A DNA stretch of 39,280 bases, taken from NCBI RefSeq assembly GCF_001186125.1, contig NW_014039818.1:6870-46149 (forward strand). Direction: 5' to 3'. This document shows positions 1-12,329 of the stretch, piece by piece. A model generated the notes under the pieces. That model was not told the DNA's origin and searched no databases. It saw nothing but the letters and a program-made list of their open reading frames with translations. The position numbers and the translations under genes were made by a program. The stretch comes from Sphaeroforma arctica JP610 (lineage: Eukaryota). How positions within the stretch are numbered: the first letter of the stretch is position 1; the number at the start of each line of letters is the position of its first letter.

Positions 1-85
1 TGATAATATAAATAATAAATATCTGCTGCTCTACAATTGTTTTATTTTCATTTATTTACATTATACACTATGTAGTATACACATT

Positions 86-1715
86 AACCTAGTAGAGCAT
101 TAAACTCATCCTTTGCCTTTTGGAGTGCTTTGGTAAATATTTTTTCTAGCTCTTCATCATCATCAACTTCTAGTATAGCTTTCTTGAATTCCAGTATTTA
201 CTTATTTTGAAAGTGTAGCTATGTCTCGCTCGTTGTCGCTATCAATGAACATCTGTACCCCCTTTAAAAATGTTTCGTTCATAGCTTCGTCGCTTTCCTT
301 TGAACGCGCCAATTCTTTCATGACCTGTTCTTTCCTCTTTAGCTGCTTTTCATGTTTGGCGCTGCGTGTACGTCCGGTTGATGTTGTGGACATACCGGAG
401 TCAGCGCAATCAGAAAATTATGTGTCTTCCCATTCAATCGCACTAGACATCCCAGTAGTTAGTGGGCCTCCTGCAACAGCACAGAGTGCTTCTAAAGCAC
501 CATCCCCACGTGGCAATATGTACGTGTACAATATCGGTGCACAAATCTTACTATTAAAGAAATCCATAAATGTGGGCGCATGATGGCCAGATTTCTCCTT
601 GTTCGTTTGCACAATCGCAAAGCTAGATTTGGCATCTTTCCACCAAGAGATTAGTCTGTTTCTCATGGCTGTCTTGCAAATAATGTCTCCAAACATCTTT
701 CGGACCTGTGTTGTAAATGTCATATCCATAGGATCGACTCGTCCTATGCGCTCAACCATGCTCTTCTGGGTAGCATTCAGGATATCCCGGTCATTTTTCC
801 ACTGTTCGAGTGGAGGAGAGGCTGGATACTGTGACTTCTTTCTACGCCGTTCAGCTAGCTTGTCAGCGTGCATAGTTACTCGTGCTCGCAGAATATCATC
901 GTCAAAATTATCGTCATCGCTGTCAGAATCGCTTGTATCGGCTTCACCATCACTTAAAATTATTTAGTTTGTCATGTTCAATGCATAATCGGGATTCATA
1001 AAATCTTGAGTTACATCGACCCAAAATACGTTACTGTCTCCGGTAGCCTTATTGTCAAGTATAGCTCGTGTATCACCCTCTTCTAGTGATACAAGCCCGT
1101 TGTAGTGTTTTTCATCCGTAATAATCGCACAGAATGTGCAACTGCATTGTCAGTCTTTCAAAGCGTCATCGCCTCATCCTTCTGTTTTACTGGAATTTCT
1201 TGTTTGTCTTTCTTCACCTTTGTCTTGCTTATTACTTTGTGCTTCGTCTTTGGTGTTATGTTTAGAGGGGTCGAGAGCAAATTAGGAGATCCAGTTGTCG
1301 CCCTATCATTATCATACAACGCCTGGATTATTCGCTGTTTGGACTGGGCGCTAAAACCCTTCTTGTCATGTACATCATAAACATGCTCTCGTGAATACAT
1401 AATTTTTCCTGCTGCATCACGTTTGACAGGTACTCCTCTAACGGTAAGACCTAGCATTTCTTCCCTTCGTATGTGTTCTTTGTACGCCGATTCACGAAGC
1501 CATGCTGAATAATTTGGCTGCTGTGTGTGCCTCGCTACACTCTTTGTCTTACCTTGAAAATCTGTCTCTCCTTGCGAATCCGATGAAGTACCTGAAGAGC
1601 TCGAAGACGCTTGAGAAGTGATCGCCATTGATTGATTCGACGGCGGTGTGCTAGCATTCTGCATAGGATTGGTTTCAATCCCTGAGGAAGTCGATACTGT
1701 GTGCTGCGTCCCCAT
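86..1715 (-). pseudogene. Degenerate PIF/Harbinger-type accessory (Myb/SANT-like, ORF1) gene
   Basis: ORFs 1158-1715, 418-873 and 202-393 form one reading broken by in-frame TAA stops (418 and ~964) and frameshifts. The motifs FWVDVTQDF, LISWWKDAKSSF...KSGHHAPTFMDF..ILYTY and a basic/coiled C-terminus (KHEKQLKRKEQVMKELA...ILEFKKAILE) resemble Harbinger ORF1 proteins. Family assignment is by pattern recognition only. Confidence 0.45.
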
Positions 1716-2184
1716 AGTATTCGGGTTCGATGCTGCATTAGCCTGCTATTGCGATGCTGACATGGTATAGTTTGCGAGTCAATAACACTTGTGCAATATG
1801 ATTCCTTCATGTTCTTCGTTTTATGTTCGTATTCGACTATTTTCCCTCTGTACTGTTTCCATAGATAATTGAGTGTGGATCTGCCTATAAGCGACAACTT
1901 CATATATATGTGTGTGCACAATTGAATTGAGCGCTCAAAACAGTGAAAACACACAACATTTGACACCACATTTGTAAAAGGGCGGTTTTCCTTTCTACCA
2001 ATGAAATGGTTTTACTTATTCTACGTCACAGTCGACAAACGTACTTTAACGGTACGTATTCTCGTTTTTCGTTAGCCTTTAACAACAAATTCTGAGCACC
2101 TTGTTGTTTAATGAATTTTCGAAGAAAAAAAACTATGTGTTCTCATTGGTTGAAAAATACCTTTAATTAAACGGATTTATTGAA

Positions 2185-2210
2185 AATTCCTCGTTAAGAA
2201 CCACCCTTAG
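2185..2210 (-). mobile_element. Possible terminal inverted repeat/end of the Harbinger-like element
   Basis: The reverse complement reads ctaAGGGTGGTTCTTAACGAGG, a TAA/CTA-adjacent G-rich start typical of Harbinger termini. The partner end would lie left of the window and cannot be checked. Confidence 0.25.
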
Positions 2211-2575
2211 TATTAAAAGAGAGCTGTGGCCTGTAGCCTGATGCAAACTGCTCGGTTCATAAAAAGCCTAAATAACTTTTAAGTAAGAGGTAAATTCAAT
2301 CAGGAATCGGAACTTGCAATTGCCTACAAGGAGAAAAATTCATCCCTCTTCGTATTTCTGTCGCATTTTTTTTAAGTTCTCTTTTCAAAATCATTTTTTC
2401 GTCGGAGGGTAATATTGATTCATGAATGTGTAACCGTTCTCCTTTGGGTATTTAAACCGATTTTATGCCAGTAGAAAATGTACGCCACGCATATGCCTGT
2501 CGATTAGATAGATGCCTTATTCAGATATATCATTCGCTTTGTTGTCCCCATCCGAACTTATCTCCAGCATACGAT

Positions 2576-3991
2576 ATGACCGAGGGAAAAATTGATAATA
2601 TTTATAGCCTGAATGACGAGCAAGAACCTCCTCCAACACAATGGATTGGGGGCAAAGCAGCTGGGCTGATGAAGCTTTGCACCACCGAACAACTGAAGCG
2701 ATACGTACCCCGTGGGTTCGCAGTCTCTGAGGCCTTCTTTCAGACCTGGATGAATGAGGTCCTTGCCAGCAACGAATACAAAGCAGCCACAGACCAAAAC
2801 TCTGGAGTTCTAAGTACTAAGGCAGAGACAGGGCACTTCTCCGAGTCAGATGCGCAGGTGTGCTCGCACATTCAGGCTCTAATAAATGATCTGTTACTAT
2901 CTCCAGAGCAGTCCCAGACACTGCAGACCCTACAAGAAGCGATCAGGTTAGTACTAGACATTTCGTCATATCTATTGCTTATTCACTATATTCTCGCCGA
3001 TTGGCGTATGCTTTGTGGGTCGCCACTGTTGTTCAGTTAACATGTACGCTGAAGTATGTTTCTTTGTCAGGTGGTTGCAACCGGACCAATTTAGATTCGA
3101 TCTGCCCAAGTGCAACGTATGTTTTATTTAGAATGAACTTGTGCCATATTGATGGTAGTTTCTCGCCTTAATTGTACATCATAATTAAATGCAATTTCAA
3201 TTATCATCACCCATACATTTTACAATTATACGTGTCTACATTGTCATCTTACTATACTATGCAGCAGCTGGCCCGGAGCGGTGGCGGCTGTGCGTTCGTC
3301 AGCACCCGAGGAGGATGGGGATGGCGCGTCCTTTGCCGGTTTGTTCGTGACTAAGCTGGGAGTCTCAGTCGAGCACGTTGAACTCGCATTGCGCGAGTGC
3401 TTTGCCTCGGTCTTTGACCAGAAAGTCTCACAGTATGGCCACACAGGTTGGCATCCCACGAGCTTTTCGGCCGTTGTCATGGAGATGGTTGAACCGAGTA
3501 AGGCCGGGGTGGCCTTCAGTGCAAACCCGCTGAACTCGGACCTGGATGAGATGGTGGTTGATAGCAGCTGGGGTCTCGGTGAGAGTGTTGTGGATGGCAG
3601 TATCATGGCAGACCGTTTTATCTGGGATAAACTTGGTAGTGTTGTCCTGGAGACAAAGATTGGCAACAAGGAACGAGAACGCCGTGTGTGTGCAAGCGGC
3701 GGCGGGGTTGAAGAACTGCAGGTGTCTGAAGAACGCGCAGGACAGGTATGCGCACCAATACCTCAAATCTCGTCGGCTGAGTTTCTATATATATATATAT
3801 ATATATATATCTACCTATCTATATATCTATCTATATATATATTTATATCTATATATATATATATATTTATTTATATATATATATATATATCTACCTATCT
3901 ATATATCTATCTATATATTTATTTNNNNNNNNNNNNNNNNNNNNGTATATATATATATATATCATATATGTATATATACTATAAATAATAT

Positions 3992-4056
<65 letters not shown>

Positions 4057-6328
4057 CATATATATATATATATATATACTAAAACATGTAGTTGCCATTT
4101 TTAGTATGTTTTATCGTGGAGATCAGACTGATATCTTCCTCTCTGTGGGTTAATTGCAGTATCTTGCGATAACTACTAATTACACTAGTTCTCGGATGAA
4201 CGTGTATTCCTGTCTATGTCTCCGTTAGTCTTGTACATATGAATTTTGATATTTACCGTGTCTTCCATGCATTTACACCAACTCTCGTATCACGCGATTT
4301 ATTTGTACATTCGTGAGATTGAAATATCGATATGTGTAGTTCCTTCCATGTACTTGCGCCATTTTTCATACCAATCACATCAACTCCCGTCCGCCTTAGA
4401 CCACGCTTTCAGAAGACGAGCTACTGAGTCTCGCTAAGCTCGTATCCAGCGTGGAGGCCGCCTATGGTAAGCCTGTGGACGTTGAGTGGGCGTACACTCA
4501 GCAGGGCGAGCTCAAGCTACTACAAGCTCGTCCTATAACCACGATATTTCCTCTAGATCCGGCAATGCTAACTAAACCAGGTGAGCCGAGAAGGCTGTAC
4601 TTTGACTTTCATATCGCCAGCGACGCGACTACAATACATCCCTTCACACACATGGATCTGGACGCGTACTGGGAGGTGTGGACCAAAGCCACAGGTTTTG
4701 GGGATATCAGCCACCCTCCTGACGATAGCGGTGACCACCTCTTCTTTAACGGAGCAACCAGGCAGTATATTAATGTAAGTGCAACGTCCCGCCTGGGGTA
4801 TAGCCCCAGCACTATGACTAAGGAATACGAACAAATAGACCTGTACGCCGCGTCCATCCTGAAGGGGAAAGAGGCTACGAACCCCAAGTATAAGGCGGAC
4901 AAGCTGCCGGATGACGTCACTTTCGCGAATGCGTGGTGGTTGTTCCGACGGATGCCACTGTGGCATATGTATATCATGAAAAACAAGTTCAAGGCCAACC
5001 CTGTCCAGTGTGGTAGCGAACTTAGGCTGCTATTGACAACGGCTCGCGCGGATATGAAGGCTATAGTCGCAAAGGGGCCTACTTCTCAGGGGGGTTTGAT
5101 TGAGTATGTGAACGCACTCGCTCGTGCGGCGTTCCCAGCGCTAGACCTGCAATGTGCGGGAGCCTTTTTAACCCTCAGCGTGTTCAAGGAACTGGGCCGA
5201 CAGAACAAAGCAGGCGAGACCCAGCAAATAAGGGACGAAGCGGCGGCAATGATGCTCGGGTACAAAGGGGATCCACTAATGGAGATGAACATCGCGATGT
5301 ACCATCTCGCGCAGTCTCTGCCCGTGGAACTCTGGGCAGAGTACGATGATAAGCTCGATGACCTATCGGACCGTATTCAGCGTAACGTGGAAAGCCGTGC
5401 CAGTACGGGTGACAAGCTTCCAGCTGCTTTCATAACAAGTTGGAAAGCGTTTATGAGTGACTTTGGGTATGATGGCACCGACCAACTGTTCGTGAGCTCG
5501 CCCCGCTATCACGAGCAGCCCGTCCTGCTGTTGCAGAAGATACGCCACAGCGCAGGCACCGATGTGAAGGACCCGGAACAAGCGATGCTACAGGCGCGCG
5601 ACAGGCGCCAGGCAGCACAGAAGGCTCAGCTAGACGCAGCAAAGGCTAATGCCAAATGGTACAAGAGCACAGTGCAAGCGGTTCTCAAACGCAACGAGGC
5701 ACTGGACGAGGTCATGTGGATCCGAAACTCGCCCAAGCTGTTCCAGTCCGAGATACTGAGTGCCGTTCGTACTGGTGTGCTTGTGTGCGAAACTCAGCTA
5801 CTAGAGGCCAATCGGCTGGATGAAGCAGGGGATGTCTTCCACCTAAAGCTCTCCGAAGTGGACCGGGGTCTCTGCTGCCCGGAACTGGACCTTCGGTATC
5901 TCATTGCGCCAAGAAAAGCACAGTATCTTCGTACTAAGCGTGCGGGTATGACCCCCTTCTTGGTGGACTCTCGGTGCCGTATACTAAAGCCCGATGTCAA
6001 GGAACAGCAACCGGGTACGCTAGTAGGCATGGCCATCGCCCCAGGTGTGGCTACGGGCAGGCTAAGGATCCTCAAAAGTCCGAGTGAGAAGATAGGCAGA
6101 GGCGATATCCTGGCCACAGTTGTAACTGACCCGGCTTGGACGCCACTGTTCATTGGTTGTGCCGCGGTTGTCTTGCAGGTAGGAGGAGCGCTGCAGCACG
6201 GTGCACTTTGCGCTCGCGAGTACGGCAAACCAGGTGTGAGTTGCATTGATATGGCGGATCTAACAGACGGTATGATGGTCTCGGTGGATGGTAACACAGG
6301 TGTTGTCACAATACTAGCTGAAGAATAG
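2576..6328 (+). CDS. Rifamycin phosphotransferase (RPH)/PigC-like dikinase: PPDK_N ATP-grasp, central substrate domain, C-terminal phospho-His swivel domain; 3 exons, ~925 aa
   Basis: Exon 1 is 2576-2946 (IGGKAAGLMKL, VPRGFAVS; donor AG|gttagt). Exon 2 is 3268-3745 or 3265-3745 (NAGNAG acceptor tatgcagcag; AVRSSAPEEDGDGASFAGLF, AGVAFSANP, SWGLGESVVDG; donor CAG|gtatgc). Exon 3 is 4400-6328 (acceptor ccttag; TLSEDELLSLAKL..VDVEWA..LLQARPITT; TDPAWTPLF..GGALQHGALCAREYGKPGV..VDGNTGVV). Splice phases join in frame with no internal stops. Confidence 0.9.
3786..4080. repeat. (TA)n/(TATC)n microsatellite in intron 2 of the dikinase gene, containing a 20-N gap (3925-3944)
   Basis: Directly visible. 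Confidence 0.95.
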
Positions 6329-6396
6329 GCCACAATTTAGGATTTCAGCTATCTAGAAATTATAAGTATTGTAATGATGATGCTCACTGCCACTTG

Positions 6397-6770
6397 TATA
6401 TAAATATATATATATGTACATATGTATATATATATTTATATGTATAAATATAAATATGTATATATATATATATATATTCAAATACAAGCATATTTATTTA
6501 TATATATTAATATATATATATATATACATAATAATATCTATATTCCACACACGCACACATATATATATATATAAAACAATAATAGCTATATTTCATATAT
6601 ATAAATATATATATATATACTAATATATATATATATATTAATACATATATATAAATATATATATATATATAATAGTATATATGTATATATATATAAATAT
6701 CTGTATTTCATATATGTATATATATATCTATATCTATATATATATAATACATCTATATATATATATATAC
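6397..6770. repeat. (TA)n-rich microsatellite between convergent genes
   Basis: Directly visible. Confidence 0.95.
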
Positions 6771-7240
6771 ACGGTTTGTTATCTAGGGTGTATGTATGTG
6801 CTTGTGGGTTTGTAGGCGTAGAAATATAATTAGATACACATATTATCTATACATGTGTATTATACTTACCTTATATAAGGTACAAATATTATATGTATAT
6901 ATACCTATATTTATAATTTCCTGGCATTGTGTAACGCGTCAATACGCCCTGCTTGTAAAATCCCACGCAGGTTGAAACACAACTTATTCAAGATTTTATT
7001 AGCAATATATGCACACATCATTGAAAATAAAGACATTAAACAATATAAGGATCCCTTTAATAAAACTGCACCAATTTTCGATACCCTAGGAGGGCGAATT
7101 TACACAACATGGCGCGACAACAAATGCGCCCAATGTATCGCCGTAGGACGATATGCTGACGATTGTTTTTCGCGTAGATATAGGGCAAAGCGACGATACA
7201 TATAGCTGTATATGAACACGCACACACGTATATACAAAAC

Positions 7241-10200
7241 TTACGTAACTTTGTCTCCTTTCCCATTCACCACCTCTTCCATAGCTGTGTATAACGCATT
7301 AGTCGACGTTACATTACTATTCAGCCACGCAGCACCACCCCCCGTCGAATCCTCCATCGTAGCCCCAGACCCAGAGCCACCTGACGTCGACATGTCCGTC
7401 ATATTCCCACTATTCTGAAAAGTATACGAACTCGTTGGGAACTTGAACACCCCTTGCGTGCTATGCCGCAATGATCCACTGTTAACCACCGCCCCTGTCG
7501 CCATGGACAGGGCCGGGTGTTGCTCTATTGAACCGGAGTTAGTGGCTGCCAGCCGATTCAACGATATGTGAACGTTACGCTCGTCTGGAGTACTGATTAG
7601 GGTATCACTCAAAGTCCGGTGCACGCCACCGCTATCGTTCCACATCTATCATCACCCATTCCGTGGCGTTGCTGCCCCTGTTGCTGCTGTATTTGTTGCT
7701 GCTGTTCTAGTTGCTGCTGCTGTTGATGGTTGTTAAAGGTGTTGTGTTGAAGTTGTTGTTGTTGACGATTATGTGAGTTGTGGCTGTGGTTCGGTGGGTT
7801 CTGATCGGTGCCGGTTTGCTGCGAGTTCTGCATGGACTGGAACCAGACCGGCGATGTAATACCGGCCACATCAGACGACAGGCCATTGATGTTTGACAGG
7901 AACGGCTGACCCCCCGACCATCGCCGCATCAGACTATTATCAGCTGAATGGTCCTCTTGCACTTCCGATATCGTGTTGACGGGCCGCGACGAGGTGGATC
8001 GCATACAGCCTATACCCATCCCATCTTGTACCATAGTACCGATATTATATGTCTCCCCTTCACTGATGCAGCCCATACTATTCGCCAGATATAGATCCAA
8101 TCCCGACGGGGAGTCGTTCGACGCCATCTGCATCGGATCCAACCCAGCACCCGGCATACCAGAACCAAACAGTCTGGCATAGTAGTTATCCAGATCTTCG
8201 CCATAGTTACCAAAACCCAGTCTATTCGTATCCATACTCTCAGACATCATGGAAGTTTGCGCCTCCACACCTGAGACCATGCTTTGTCCCATTTCAGCCT
8301 TCACCCCAGCGTTCATATTCGACTGCAACACCGACTCTAGAAGCCCATCCGAGCCCTGATTCGCACTGCTTTCCATCTGCCCGTGAAAGGTGGGTTCTGG
8401 CATACCCGCATTATACTGGTGCTGTATGGCTTGGTTGCGTCCCAGCTGGTGCGTGTGGCTGCCCCCATATGACTGCACATTCGGAAGCGGCTGTGACGGC
8501 AAGTCGGAGACCAAGACCCCGTTCGTACTGTGCCTTCGCGAATGTCCTCCTACCTTACCGGCTGATACGAGTGCAGTATCATCCGTAATAGCTACCATAC
8601 CCACATTGTGGGCGCTCTTACCCCACCCCGCGCTCGCTGTCCTAGGCCTTGGGCTTGAGCCTAAGAAGGAGCCTGAGCCTGATCTTGATCCTGGCCCTGC
8701 AAGGGTGCTGACCACCCGCTCGGCAGAGAAATATCACTTCGCATACCTCGAGCACCTTCACCGTTTGAAGGCCTCGCAGTGCTAGCGTTAAAGTTAGCAC
8801 TAGTGTGCGACTGAGACGGACCGTCGCCACTGTCACCGTAGATCCCCTCCCGCTCGCTTGCATACATGTCCTCCGCAGTTAAGCTCCGGTCCAGGCCCGC
8901 ACTGTTAGGCACTGACTGGGACTCGTCATGGGACTGACTTATCCCGCGGACCAACCCGTGTTCACCCTGCGGCTGCGAATTCGATCTTTCACATGCATTG
9001 CCGTACATGTCTTTATCAGGTTGCCCGTTGGACGAGTGAACCTTGTTCTCCTTATAGTCAAAGTCGGGTCTGACAGCTACCCCCTCCTTTAGTGTACTTA
9101 GATTGGTGGTGGCCTGCAGCATCTTTCTGGCTTCATGCCAGATCTCCAGCTCAGTATCTGATGGGGTCTGTGACCGCTTATTCACTTGCCCTCCAGGAGG
9201 AAGTTCGGTACCGCCGTTGGCGGCCCCACCCTAACTCCCGCTTCGATGTAATAGCACCCCGTCCCGGTCGGTGAAATCATAGTTGACATCGAGGTCGAAC
9301 CGGGACAGATCCGCGCCGTTTGCATCCAAGACAGCAATTCTGTTCCGCACTAATTTTGTCTTGATTAGGTGCTTACTGGACATATGGTACTGCAGACTTC
9401 GCCAGGCTTGGTAACGGTTGGTGCAGCCCTTATATCTACAGGTGAATGGTCTCAGCAGCTCATTCCCGCCCCGTCTGTGCCTCCGTGAAGGCACCTGCGG
9501 GTCTCTTTTCGGACTGTTCATCGGGGGAATCGGATATACTGCCCCTATTTGGGACCCATTGAGTGTGTGTGACTGTGTATTGATGTTCTGAGCTTGCATC
9601 GACGCCGATCTGACGGGTAAAGTTGTTTCGTCGAGTGGATCTAACGACATACTCGAGGCTCGAGTCGATGACATCAAACTGTGAGTCGTTTATGGTCCCT
9701 GATACGATCCAAAACTGTCGACACTATTCTGATGCACTGGTTGACGTTGTTGCTTGGCCTTGGTGTCATTGAGATACATCTGCAGGGATTGGTTATGCTT
9801 TCGGAAGTGATCAGACGTAGGGTTGTGTGACGAGTGCCTATGTACCAAGGTATTTGTGGCTCGCTCTTGTGCAGCCTGCGCATAACCAGCACTGGCCGTA
9901 TCATCCTCGGATTTAGACCGGAAGCCCTCTGTCCAATCCATATCGCCTACCTCAGTACTATTTAACTCCTTAGGTGTGCTCATATTTGCATCGCCGGAAT
10001 CGATGTTTATCTTGGCCACCAACTCAGACGTGCTCATATTATTTATGCACGATGATAGAAGCAGCGCGTCGAGTGAAGCAAAATCAGGACACGACCCAAA
10101 CCTACCCGACAGACTTGCATCCGGACCACCCACGCTCACGCCCATTTGATCTTGTGTATTTGCGTTCGAATGTTCTTTAGTATTCACGTTGTTGAACTCT

Positions 10201-10397
10201 GACCCCTGATCCATACCGAACAAAGTGATATTAGTTGTAAGTGAGGATTGACTGATATTTGAAAGTGAGGACTGACTGATATTCGCATCCTTCCGCACAA
10301 ATCCTGAAAGACACTCAGTTAATTTGACCGTGATTCCAGCGGCGAAGAGGTAGCATAAATACCCTTTCCAGGCTCGTTGCTCACCCGTCCCTGACAC
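7241..10397 (-). pseudogene. Intronless C2H2 zinc-finger transcription-factor-like gene, disabled (~990 codons if repaired from ATG 10214)
   Basis: Single C2H2 finger RPFTCRYKGCTNRYQAWRSLQYHMSSKH within S/G/Q-rich low-complexity sequence and a polyQ tract (~7670-7765). ORFs 9690-10397, 9231-9677 and 8661-9185 share one frame, separated by TAA (9690-9692) and TAG (9231-9233). Frameshifts occur near ~8720 and ~7647, with no GT-AG intron found that rescues the frame. Confidence 0.75.
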
Positions 10398-10589
10398 ATC
10401 AACAGATGTTCTCCATACCCCGGCTAATCACGCTGTTGAAATACTACTCCCAAATATCGGTTCAAACCAAATCATCGCGCTTGTTGGTTCCGACTATGAT
10501 ACTTCCGATCCAGGCTAGCCAACACATACCGAATTCATCTGTGGTCTGGTGAGGCATTGGCTTACCCCCATCCTCGCTTCTCGACCGGA

Positions 10590-11100
10590 TTATGACGGAT
10601 GACCTGGTCCTTCTCGGTATTTCGTACTCTGCACTAACCCATTCCGCGGCACTACACGGCGCAGACCCAATCCGTACCACAGAGGTGGGTACTCTACTTA
10701 GTAGGTCAGCAAGCGAATATATGGAACATTCGATAGTAACAGTGTTTTGTCAACACCGGCCCGAATTGACTCAGCACATATCTTCCATTGTCGACTCACT
10801 TGGCCCAAGCTTCAAACGGGAATTTACTGACCACTTCTTCCCATCAATCTTTCCTGAACCACTACAGCGACTATGAGAGCCATTCCATATGTTCATACAT
10901 TGTATCATACATACTTGCCATTTTTGAAATAAATAATATTACCCCTATTCACATACATGTTTAAGCTTTTCATAAACGCCTTACTGTCTACTCCTAGTAC
11001 GTGCATGGGTATGCCATCGCTGTGATAGTCGTTGTTACGCACGTCTGCTATTTGCATGTGAAAAGCACGACACTGCGCGCACCGGTGACGAGCTAGATAT
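10590..11100. pseudogene. Degenerate copy A of an unidentified repeated coding family
   Basis: Codon-level similarity to 27150-27680: + frame VFCQHRPELT...FPSIFPEPLQRL vs VFCIHRRELT...FPSIFPEPLQRI; - frame NRGNIIYFKN...SGSGKIDGK vs YRDNIISFN...RGSGKIEGK. Multiple stops. Confidence 0.55.
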
Positions 11101-12329
11101 TAAGCCAAGGTTGACTTGTGTTCAACTATGCTACTGGAGGCAGCTATACGAAATGAATTTGTTATTTACTATGCCAACTTCACAGATACTAGGGGAAAAA
11201 ACAATTCTAGAACTTTCACGTTACCTTTGTGCAAGAACGCTCTCAATTAAACATGTGTGGACTAGATTTACCTCAGCAGTCGGCTGTCATGCGATGTATA
11301 AGCGTGCGTCAATCTGCTATTTATCCAAGCCGTGTAGCTTTTACAGATGAGACCAGCTCTAAGCTTACGTACGAGCTTAATTGTAGAAAAATTCACATGA
11401 GGCAGCCTACGTACAACAGTTAAACTACGGCGCAAACAGACAATTTGTAGTGAATTTACATGGAGCTTGAAAAGTTGAAATCTGTTGCAACTTTCGAGAT
11501 ATATTTATTTATGTGGTTAAATATATCCATTGCCTTGTTCAATTGGTTTTTTTTACAAAAAATCTTTTAGAAGACTACTGTATATGGATAAAAATATAAA
11601 AACTTCAAAAAAAAAAATTTATGTCCTGTCCTATAAAAAAACAATATATGCCTTCTTCATAAACAGCAAGGCTATTTATGTAAATGCATACATATTTCTG
11701 TCTGATAGTTGTCAGCCAATAGTATGCTCGATTAAATTTAAAAAAAAAAGAGATTCTGTGTCCCACTTTTGAAAACTTCCAGAGACAAAATTTGTCTCTT
11801 GTAATAGTTGTTTCGTTATAGTTTTACGTTTATAGTCGGAATATTTACGTAAACTTCAAAAATTACCAAGAAAATGAAAAATATTGTCGATATCCCCATC
11901 AATCTTATTGGATACACGAAAGCCCGCACAAAATGTTCGATTGGATGCAAGCATGTTTGCTACAAAGAAGCGTTTTAACGATCGGGCGGTTACGATGCCT
12001 CTTATGAATGCTGCTGTTAATCACAGTGTATATTTCTTGTATGCTTGTTAATTATGTAATAGACCTAGCTAATTGCAGCAATAGAATAGAACGTCTCTCT
12101 GTCGTGTGATATACTTTACTTCAAGTACACCTATAAAAAATATGTCAACGTCTGTTCCGCAGGGTATGTACGATGCGCGAAAGCATGGCACCAGGCAGAT
12201 CAAACACGGGAATTGCAATCGTTGACTGCCCCTTTTTAGGCCACTTTTAAACAAAAGTATGAGTCCTATGCCTGTGCGCCCTGCTTTTTTGCGATCCCAC
12301 CGTTCATCCATTCTAATTCAAGGTTCGAA

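Noticed and set aside
3071..3116. Cassette microexon in dikinase intron 1 (tttgtcag ... aac|gtatgt)
   Set aside because: At 46 nt it would shift the frame of exon 2; direct joining of exon 1 to exon 2 is already in frame
2576..6328. Calling the gene PEP synthase/PPDK, glucan-water dikinase, or bacterial contamination
   Set aside because: The His domain is C-terminal with no PEP-binding barrel, the ATP domain is N-terminal, and two canonical introns (one with host-type microsatellite) are present
4568..6333. Antisense ORFs overlapping the dikinase, the Gypsy pol and the zinc-finger gene
   Set aside because: Shadow ORFs of real coding sequence with no recognisable motifs
6414..6623. YIYI-type ORFs here and at 3546-4082, 34773-35102 and similar, and ORFs spanning the N gap
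   Set aside because: Translation artefacts of (TA)n microsatellites or Ns
8720..8747. A 28-nt GTATGC...GAG mini-intron rescuing the zinc-finger frameshift
   Set aside because: Removing it lands in the wrong (third) frame, and GAG is a poor acceptor
7241..10397. TAA/TAG reassignment (ciliate-type code) explaining the in-frame stops
   Set aside because: The ~925-codon dikinase and the Q-rich LSM1 have no internal TAR, the dikinase terminates at TAG, and the same gene also has frameshifts
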